A DNA stretch of 32,007 nt, taken from contig CAZSPT010000003.1 of assembly GCA_964608895.1 (NCBI GenBank), positions 1 through 32,007 on the forward strand, written 5' to 3'. Shown piece after piece: positions 6,898-14,400 of the stretch. The translations under genes and the position numbers were made by a program. The notes beneath the pieces were generated by a model that saw only the letters and a list, made by a program, of their open reading frames with translations, made no database searches and was not told the DNA's origin. How positions within the stretch are numbered: position 1 is the first letter of the stretch; the number at the start of each line of letters is the position of its first letter. The stretch is from an uncultured Gammaproteobacteria bacterium (GTDB lineage Bacteria > Patescibacteriota > Patescibacteriia > 2-01-FULL-39-33).

Positions 6898-8451
6898 TTA
6901 ATCTAATTTTTTGAAAACTTCAGGGGCGATCTTCAAATTTAAATCGCAGGAAACTCCGGCAACTCCCCCACCGGGTTCGGAAACCAGGCTGATATTATCA
7001 ACCGAAACTTCTTTGACAAAATTATTTGATTGCTCAAAAGCGACAATTTGCCGCGCCAAAATTCCGTAATTGATCGCTTCAGTCGGCAAAACAAACTCTC
7101 CCGACAAATCAGCCGAGAATGACTTGTAATGAACTCCGTCTAAAGTGTATTTTTCCAAAAGCTCAAAAAAATCGGTCCAATAAACATGCTCTTTCCAAAG
7201 CTGGTCTATTTTTTCAACTTTTTTCCGGAGATAGCGGTTCTCTCGCCAATAATCCTCCCGCGGCCGGAGCTCTTGCTTCAATTCTCGGATTTTTTGATTT
7301 TGAACGGCAATTTTTTCCTGCTCGCTCTGACAAGCCAAAACAATCAACCAATAACAGCCAGCGATAACAACAGCCGGCAGAACCACCGCCAACACCAAAG
7401 CGAACACTTTTGTCCGGCGGCCGGGATGTTTAACCGATCCAAGCTCTTCAGGCATCAAATTAACCTCAAAATTACCTTTCTGCCGCTGGGGAGCAAGATG
7501 GTACTTTGATTTATTTTTTTTGTTGTCTTCCTGTTTTTGGTCCATTTGTTTTTGTTTTTGATTTTCTTTTTCCTTTTTTTTAAGCTGTCTTTTTCTTTCT
7601 TTTTCAGCTTGTTTTCTTCGCTCAGCTTCTTCTTTTTCCTGCCGCTTTCGTTCTTTTGCGGCTTGTTTTTCTTGTCTTTTTCTTTCTTTTTCAGCTTGTT
7701 TTCTTCGCTCGGTCTCTTCTTTTTCCTGCCGCTTTCGTTCTTTTGCGGCTTGTTTTTTCCGGCGCTTTTGCTCCTGCTCAGCCTGTTTTCTTTGAGCCGC
7801 CTCCTCTTGCTCTCTTTGTTTCCTGATTTCGGCCCGGCGCCGTTCAATTATTTTTTCCCGGCGATCCGGCTTATCGGCCGAGGGCTGAACCGACGGTGGA
7901 GCAGCTTTAAGCGGCACCAATTTCGGCTTAGCCGGCCGGGAAGCTCCGCCCATCCTCCAACGGCTGGATAATTTATTCCAAAAACTCTTCCAAAACGATT
8001 TTCGCGGCGGCCGGAAAGAAGTTTCCGGCTTAACCGGCTTAAATTCCGGAGAAGGCCGCCGGCTTGGCGGCCGGGATTTTTCTTCCAAATTTTTTATCGG
8101 CGACCGTGGCCGGCCGACCACGCTTTGCCAGCCGGATTTCTTCGGCCGCTGCTCCTTCGGCGGCTGACGATAAGAAATTTTTTGCCGCCGAGCCGACTTT
8201 AAAATATTCTGACTGGGCGTCTTGACCGGTTTAGGAACAACTGGCTCAATCTTCGGCTTTTTGGAAGGAAATTTTTTAAATAATTTATCCCAAAAAGATG
8301 GTTTTGACTTGGCTGAAATTTTTTCCGGCGAACGCTGCCGAGCCGGCTGGGAAAGTCCTATTTCAATCTTTTGGGACTTTCTCGCCCGCCTTTTCCGAAG
8401 TTTTTCTTCTTTTCGGCGGAGATCTTCCGGCAGTAAATTTATTTCAGCCAT
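6898..8451 (-). CDS. pilN: PilN-like protein with a very long charged cytoplasmic extension
   Basis: The N-terminus MAEINLLPEDLRRK matches the PilN INLLP motif. A second copy, FEVNLMPEELGSVK, sits just before the single TM helix (VFALVLAVVLPAVVIAGCYWLIVLA, about residues 349-373). A C-terminal periplasmic domain of about 145 aa follows. Between the two motifs lie about 320 residues rich in Pro/Lys/Arg and then in Glu/Arg/Lys. Confidence 0.7.
   Translation of the reverse strand: MAEINLLPEDLRRKEEKLRKRRARKSQKIEIGLSQPARQRSPEKISAKSKPSFWDKLFKKFPSKKPKIEPVVPKPVKTPSQNILKSARRQKISYRQPPKEQRPKKSGWQSVVGRPRSPIKNLEEKSRPPSRRPSPEFKPVKPETSFRPPRKSFWKSFWNKLSSRWRMGGASRPAKPKLVPLKAAPPSVQPSADKPDRREKIIERRRAEIRKQREQEEAAQRKQAEQEQKRRKKQAAKERKRQEKEETERRKQAEKERKRQEKQAAKERKRQEKEEAERRKQAEKERKRQLKKKEKENQKQKQMDQKQEDNKKNKSKYHLAPQRQKGNFEVNLMPEELGSVKHPGRRTKVFALVLAVVLPAVVIAGCYWLIVLACQSEQEKIAVQNQKIRELKQELRPREDYWRENRYLRKKVEKIDQLWKEHVYWTDFFELLEKYTLDGVHYKSFSADLSGEFVLPTEAINYGILARQIVAFEQSNNFVKEVSVDNISLVSEPGGGVAGVSCDLNLKIAPEVFKKLD
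7587..7760. repeat. Tandem 87-bp duplication (2 units, about 94% identical) inside pilN
   Basis: Units 7587-7673 and 7674-7760 both begin gtctttttctttctttttcagcttg. Each encodes 29 aa of the KQAAKERKRQEKEE(T/A)ERRKQAEKERKRQE repeat. More degenerate copies flank them. Confidence 0.85.
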
Positions 8452-8456
8452 AAAAA

Positions 8457-9575
8457 TTATTCTATATTTCTCATCGCCAAACCAATCGCAACCGCGAACC
8501 TCGCTCCCAGACGATCAAGAATCGGCTTTAATTCAGTCGGATAAACTACTCGAGCCCAGGGATCACCGAGATGAACATTTAAATCAAACCGCTTAGACAA
8601 GTAGCCGGAAAGATTTCCCAAAAGGCTTGCTCCACCAGTCAAAATTATTTTTTCAACTTTTTTGCCGCTCTGTTGTTGATAAAGATTTAAAGTATATTTA
8701 ATTTCATTAATTGTCGTTTCCAAAGATTTTTCAACCACTTTGGGTAAAGAACTTTCGGCTCCTTCCTTGCCCAAAGCCAAATCCTGCTTAAACTGTTCGG
8801 CCCGCTCCATATTAACGTTAAGATTCTCGGAAATACTCCGGCTGACCATAAAGCCGCCGGCTTTAATACTCCGATTCATTAGAGGAATTCCTTTTTCAAC
8901 CACTGAAACACTTGAAGTGGAGGCTCCGAGGTCAACCACCATCACTATTGATTTGTCATTGCCGACTAAAGAGCGGATAAGAGCGAAATTTTCAGTTTCT
9001 AAACTTAGTAAATCAAGACCGCTCTCTTTAAAAATTCCAATGTATTTCTGAACCAAAACCTTGCTTGAGCCCGTCAAGAGGATTTTGAGATTTTTCTTTG
9101 GCTTGGAAAAAATCTTTTTCAAAGAATTGACCTGCTGGGAAATTTCACTTGCTTGAAATTCTTCCGGCCGCTCTTTATTAATCGGCAGTTCGCCAACAAC
9201 CTTCCAATCAAGAATCAGCTCCTCCAGCGGCATTGGAATAATTTTCTTCGCTTCCCAAGTAATTGCCGAGGCAAGCTCCTTTTTCGGCATTTCCGGCAAG
9301 GTAATAACCGAAGTAAAAACCGAAAAATTTGAAATGGCGGCAATTGCCTTACGGGAGGAAATCCGAGATTTCCGGCAGACGCTTTCAATCACTTCAGCGG
9401 TCTCTTTAACTTCGCCGAGCCGGCCGTCTCCGTTCCAGCGAGTCGGATCTTTTTCAGTAAAACCATAGGTAACCAACTTTGGCCGGCCTTTAAAATTTTC
9501 CAACTCAACCACTTTGACCGAAGAGGTCCCGATGTCAATTCCTAAAAAACTTTTGTCAGAGGAAAATAGTCCCAT
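8457..9575 (-). CDS. pilM: Type IV pilus assembly protein PilM (actin-like ATPase fold)
   Basis: 372 aa. Motifs: FLGIDIGTSSVKVVEL (phosphate-1), VVDLGASTSSVSVV and IILTGGASLLGNL. It lies directly upstream of pilN. Confidence 0.9.
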   Translation of the reverse strand: MGLFSSDKSFLGIDIGTSSVKVVELENFKGRPKLVTYGFTEKDPTRWNGDGRLGEVKETAEVIESVCRKSRISSRKAIAAISNFSVFTSVITLPEMPKKELASAITWEAKKIIPMPLEELILDWKVVGELPINKERPEEFQASEISQQVNSLKKIFSKPKKNLKILLTGSSKVLVQKYIGIFKESGLDLLSLETENFALIRSLVGNDKSIVMVVDLGASTSSVSVVEKGIPLMNRSIKAGGFMVSRSISENLNVNMERAEQFKQDLALGKEGAESSLPKVVEKSLETTINEIKYTLNLYQQQSGKKVEKIILTGGASLLGNLSGYLSKRFDLNVHLGDPWARVVYPTELKPILDRLGARFAVAIGLAMRNIE

Positions 9576-9589
9576 ATTTTAAATTAAAA

Positions 9590-11425
9590 TCAAAAACTTC
9601 TGATAACCGGAAGGCCTTCAACAAATCCTCCCAGTCCCGGCGGCGGGTTGGCCGCCAACCGGCCGTCGTAGATAATCCTTTCCGAGCCCTGGCTTGGAGA
9701 AGTGTAAGTTCGGCGGAAGTCAAAGGCGTGGGCGATAACCACTCCTTTGGCGGTAAGCGGGTAGTTTGAAAATCCGGAAAAAAAGACTCCGCAACCGTTT
9801 GTCTGATACTCAGGGTATTCAGGATCGGAACCGGCTGTTTCCTGGCAAGAATTGCCGTTTCCCAAAAGAATAAAAGCGCCGACAATATCTTTAACATCCG
9901 GAGCGACAACAATATCTCCTTTGACTATCCAAGCGACCGAAGGCAGTTGATTTAATTCAGCCGGAAAAGCCCCGCTTTCATAATCAAAATCCCGATTAAG
10001 ATACAAATCTCCTTCAACGACAATCAGACCATTGCCGTAGCCGCCAAGCGGACCAATACCGAATTCATCCAAATTATTTATAGTCAAATCCCCGGCAGTA
10101 TGATAATAGACTTTGTCGCCCGGTCTAACTGTTCCGACAAATTCATCCGCCAAATCTCCGGCGATAATCTCTTGGCCGTATTTGTTATAATTTCTGCCAT
10201 TGGCAGTTTGGTAGACGGTGGTCAAACCGGCCAAATCAATCCGGCCCAAAGCGTTCCGATAAACTCTGCCGGCTCCCTCTTCTAAATAACCGAGCTCAAC
10301 ATCCTTAATCACTCCCTGCTGGCAATTGCTTGAAGAAACATTCTGGATGTCGTCGGCAAAAATACAGTAGCTGGCGTTCGCTCCCCCGCTCCCGGCCTTT
10401 TGCCGAATCTCTTTGCCGCTGTAAATACTGCCGAACTGGGTTTCCAACCAAGGCAAAACCACTAAAGCTCCTCCTGACAAAGGATTTAAATGGAGCCAGC
10501 CGGCGCCGGTCAGGCCGCTGGCGGTTCCGTCCCAAGCCCAGCCGACAATTTCACCGCTTTTCCAGTCAACATTGGTTCCGTAGAGCTCGCAGCTCGGACA
10601 ACTGTCGCATTCAATCCGAAAACTGCCGTCAATCGCGGCGACTTTCTGACAACCGGTGCAACAGTTTGAACAGCAGGTCGCTCCGGTACAAGCGGGGTCG
10701 GGTTCAGAATTGCCGCGGCCGCTGCCGGTGCAGACAAATTCGCTTCCCCGGTAAACCGGATCGTCGCCCGCCACTCCCGAAGGATGCTGACAATCAAGGT
10801 CGCAATTTGAGCCGGGTTCATAATTTCCCGAAGGCAGTCCTTCGCAAAAACAAGTATTACTAAAGCAAGTGAGGCAGTTTTCAAACTCGGTTTCGGAAAA
10901 ATCCAGACAGGGATCGCTGTCAACACAAACTTCTTCCCCTTGAGGAGTCGTCTGGCAGTTCTGGGTCCAAGCAAGACATTTTTTTTCACAGTCATAGCAT
11001 TGGTAGCCGGCCTGACCGCCGACTGAACCGCCCCGGCGGAAATGAATCCAACCGTCTTCCCCCAAAGAAACCACTTGGGCATAACCTTCAATTTTTCCGG
11101 AATTTCCATCCAAGCTGGCGGTTCGGCCGACCGTCGCTCCAAAACCGATCCAACCAAGATTGCTTGACCAGCCATAGCCGCTAAGATTGTTATTGGAATC
11201 AACTTGGACGCTGTAGTAATTAGAGCAGGTATCAACAGTGCAACTCGGCTGAGTATTGGCGATATTCAAAGAAATCCAACCGTAATTCTCCGACCAAGCC
11301 CAACCGCTTAAAGGATATTCTCCGGCTTGAGCACTTGTTTCTTGAAAATGAAAAACTAAAACAAAGACCGCCGCTAAAATAATCAGGGCTGATGAAAAGA
11401 ACAATATTTTCAAAAACTTAAGCAT
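9590..11425 (-). CDS. Secreted Cys-dense protein with Trp-rich GWAWS..GWI repeats (611 aa), function unknown
   Basis: It has a Sec-type signal (MLKFLKILFFSSALIILAAVFVLVF...TSAQA). Repeats: LSGWAWSENYGWISLN, LSGYGWSSNLGWIGFG, EDGWIHFR and IVGWAWDG...GAGWLHLN. The central core is extremely Cys-rich (CYDCEKKC, CLTCFSNTCFC, CCSNCCTGC, CDSCPSC). The C-terminal third is Cys-poor. Its stop is 14 nt before the pilM ATG. Confidence 0.75.
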   Translation of the reverse strand: MLKFLKILFFSSALIILAAVFVLVFHFQETSAQAGEYPLSGWAWSENYGWISLNIANTQPSCTVDTCSNYYSVQVDSNNNLSGYGWSSNLGWIGFGATVGRTASLDGNSGKIEGYAQVVSLGEDGWIHFRRGGSVGGQAGYQCYDCEKKCLAWTQNCQTTPQGEEVCVDSDPCLDFSETEFENCLTCFSNTCFCEGLPSGNYEPGSNCDLDCQHPSGVAGDDPVYRGSEFVCTGSGRGNSEPDPACTGATCCSNCCTGCQKVAAIDGSFRIECDSCPSCELYGTNVDWKSGEIVGWAWDGTASGLTGAGWLHLNPLSGGALVVLPWLETQFGSIYSGKEIRQKAGSGGANASYCIFADDIQNVSSSNCQQGVIKDVELGYLEEGAGRVYRNALGRIDLAGLTTVYQTANGRNYNKYGQEIIAGDLADEFVGTVRPGDKVYYHTAGDLTINNLDEFGIGPLGGYGNGLIVVEGDLYLNRDFDYESGAFPAELNQLPSVAWIVKGDIVVAPDVKDIVGAFILLGNGNSCQETAGSDPEYPEYQTNGCGVFFSGFSNYPLTAKGVVIAHAFDFRRTYTSPSQGSERIIYDGRLAANPPPGLGGFVEGLPVIRSF

Positions 11426-11452
11426 AATAATTTTTCAAAAAAATCAACTTTC

Positions 11453-14400
11453 TTATTGGGAAGCAACCTTTAAGCATCTGAAATGAGCATAGCCATCATT
11501 TCCAAACCATCCATTGGTCACCCTGACTTCCCATTCCCGGCTGCCGTATAAGGTTTCAGCGTTGTCATCATTCAACGCAGAGGTGACCGGAGCAGAATAT
11601 ATTGTCTTGTACTTATCCTCCCAGTTAGACGACCCGACTCCGCCGCCAATAGCAACATATCCTTCCGGACAGCGGACTCTAAGCATATTAGAGCCCCATT
11701 TGCTCGGTATGCATTCCGATTCCGGATAAAGACATCCATCTTGAGCACAAGTGCAAGTAATAACTCCCAGAGAAAGATTATTAGTGATTTCTTGATTAAG
11801 GGAACCAAGACAATTTCCAGAACCATCGCAGACTTCTCCATCGGCGGAAATATCCCCTCCAACATTAAGATTGCCAGCGCTGTCAATGGTCATCTTGGTC
11901 GTCTCTTGACCATTTGTGGATCCGGGAGAAAAAACTATATCCCCATATTCCCTAAACTCCATTTTATTTTCATCTCGCCTAAACAAAATACGGTGATTGT
12001 TATCAAGACTCCTAATCTGGCCGTTGTCGGCAAAAAATATCTCTTGGCCAGAATTAAGATTAAAATCCCCTCTAACTTTCAAATTATCAGTCAACTCAAA
12101 GCGGGATTCACTATTATCCCAAAAAAGCTGCTTGCCAGTTCCCAGGGTTCCAAAAACAAGATTAATATCATCATCGGTAGGATCTTTATCCTGGCCGATA
12201 AGGGTTAGTTGGCCGTAACCGGTCAATTTTGCCTTAGAATTGCTACTGGGCACTCCGCCAATACCGACATTGCCGTTGCTGTAATAAATTCCGTCACTAT
12301 GCTCCTCCCAAAATCCGCCGCCACTGGCGCCGGCAATATCTGAAAGACAATTTCCAGAACCATCGCAGACTTCTCCTCCGGCAGAAATATTTCCATCCAA
12401 CATTAAGTTTCCATCAATTTTAACATAATCTTCAACTGATAAATCAATAATCGTTTGATCATCATGATGAGAAACTAAGTAATTAGTCTTAAGACTATTA
12501 GTGGCCTCAAAGTTAGTGGCCTCAAAGTTAGTGGCCTTGACCGAACCGCTGTAGTAAATTCCCTGACTGTCCTCCTCCCAAAATCCGGTTAACTCTTCAA
12601 CTGGATAACAGTTAGTGCCGTCCTGATTGCAATAATTTGAAGCTTGGATATTTCCGGAAACATAGAGATCGTTTGAAAACTTAAAATAATTATTAGCGGA
12701 AGACCAAAACAGCTGTTGCCAATTATTATTGTAATCCCCAAAAATAAGATGAATGTCCTGATTGGTCGTTTGACTGCCTTGGCCGATCCTTAAATTTCCC
12801 AAGTTATCAATAACCAGCCGATTTGCCTGAGAGTAATTTTTTTCTTTCCAAAATCTTAATTCATCAGTGCCTTGGTCGTGATAAATTGCCCAATGGTTGG
12901 TGCCGTCAAGAAAGCCGCCGCTCTGAATGTCAATCTCGGCGTTTCCGCTTTCTTGATAAACATGAATATTGGCGTTTGGACTAGCAGTGCCGATTCCGAC
13001 CTGACCGCTTCTTTTAGCGGCAAAAAAAGGATTAGTTTTGTTTCCTTCATAAAGGACAAAATCACTGTATTCGCTGTAGATTTCGCCATCATGCTCAACC
13101 ACCAGCCGATCCCGGCCGCCGGCTGACTGAACACTGAAAAGAGGGGCGCCGGAATAGGGATTGGATTCCGGCCGAATCGCGACGCCGGTTGAATAGTTGG
13201 AAGCGTCTTGTTCGTTGATAGAATATTTGTTGCCGCTCGGGTCTAAAACATGAACTTCGCCTTCGTAAATGATTTGGTCAGCTCCATCCTGCTCCCAAAA
13301 TCCGCCGCCACTGGCGCCGGCAATATCTGAAAGACAATTTTTAAAACCATCGCAGACTTCTCCTCCAACATCAAGATTGCCAGCATAAATTTCAAAATTT
13401 CCGGATGAATCAAATCTTGCTCTCTCCACATTATTGGTGAATATCCCCAGCTGGTCGTCTCCTTGCTGCTGAAAGCCGGTATCATTGTCTCCAATCGCCA
13501 ATTGGAGCGCCGGGTCATCAACGGCGTGTGTGCTACCGGCAGTGAGGGATTTTCCAATACCGACATTGCCGTAGTCACTATCTTTAATAGTAAAAACATC
13601 GCTAAAACCGTTTCGCCTGATAACGAAATTTTCGCTGTCATTTTTTCCAGAATACCATTTTTCATTACTGCCTGACTTAATAACAGTGCCGACATATTCG
13701 CCCTCTGCTCCTTTGATAGTAATTATATCTCCCTGGTCAGAGCCGTTGCCAACAGTTAAACCGGAGGTTCTCGCCTGAAAAAAAGAATTAGTTTTGTTTC
13801 CTCCGTAAAGGACAAAATCACTGTATTCGCTGTAAACTTCGCCGGCGTGCTCAACCACCAGCCGATCTCGGCCGCCGGCTGACTGAACACTGAAAAGAGG
13901 GTCGCCGGAATCGGGATTGGATTCCGGCCGAATCGCGACGCCGGTTGAATAGTTGGAAGCGTCTTGTTCGTTGATAGAATATTTGTTGCCGCTCGGGTCT
14001 AAAACATGAACTTCGCCTTCGTAAATGATTTGGTCAACTCCATCCTGATCCCAAAATCCGGCTGCGCCGCCGCCGGCGCCACCGGCACCAACATTTGAAA
14101 GACAATTGCCGTTAAAACACGCGTCAGATGAAAATTCAAATTGTTCATCAACATTATTCCAAGATAAGGTTTGATCATCTTCATTAACAGCGCTATTACT
14201 GAATATTAAAGATTTATTTCCTTCTCTTTCTTTTCCAATTTCCAAATCCCTTCCTCCAACTGATAATTTTCCCGACCCTGAAAGTAAATCAGTCGTGCCA
14301 ATACCGACATTGCCGTCAGTATCAATTTTCATCATAACGGTTCCGGGAGTTTCAAGCCCAGGCTGGGTAAAAATCCTGAAATCATTATGATTTGGATGCT

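Noticed and set aside
7587-7760. Tandem and direct repeats (7587-7760, 12499-12538, 23523-23562) as CRISPR-like or satellite arrays
   Set aside because: There are only two or three units with no unique spacers of constant length. All are in frame inside coding sequences, so they are coding repeats.
7455-7971. Alternative-frame ORFs (7455..7847 minus, 7537..7971 plus, 7119..7509 plus) across the pilN repeat region
   Set aside because: They are poly-Phe/Leu/Ser or poly-Lys translations generated by the purine/pyrimidine-skewed ER/K repeat. The PilN frame is continuous from the INLLP motif to the periplasmic domain.
10330-11235. 177-aa plus-strand and 241-aa minus-strand ORFs overlapping the 611-aa Cys-rich gene
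   Set aside because: These are shadow ORFs in a GC-richer stretch. The 611-aa frame has a signal peptide and internally consistent repeats, and these frames have neither.
13031-14060. Possibility that the 274-bp repeat pair is a diversity-generating retroelement template/variable region pair
   Set aside because: The roughly 12 mismatches are not adenine-specific on either strand; I saw t/c, a/g, g/a, c/t, g/t and c/a. Both copies are in frame in the same gene, and no reverse transcriptase gene is in the window.
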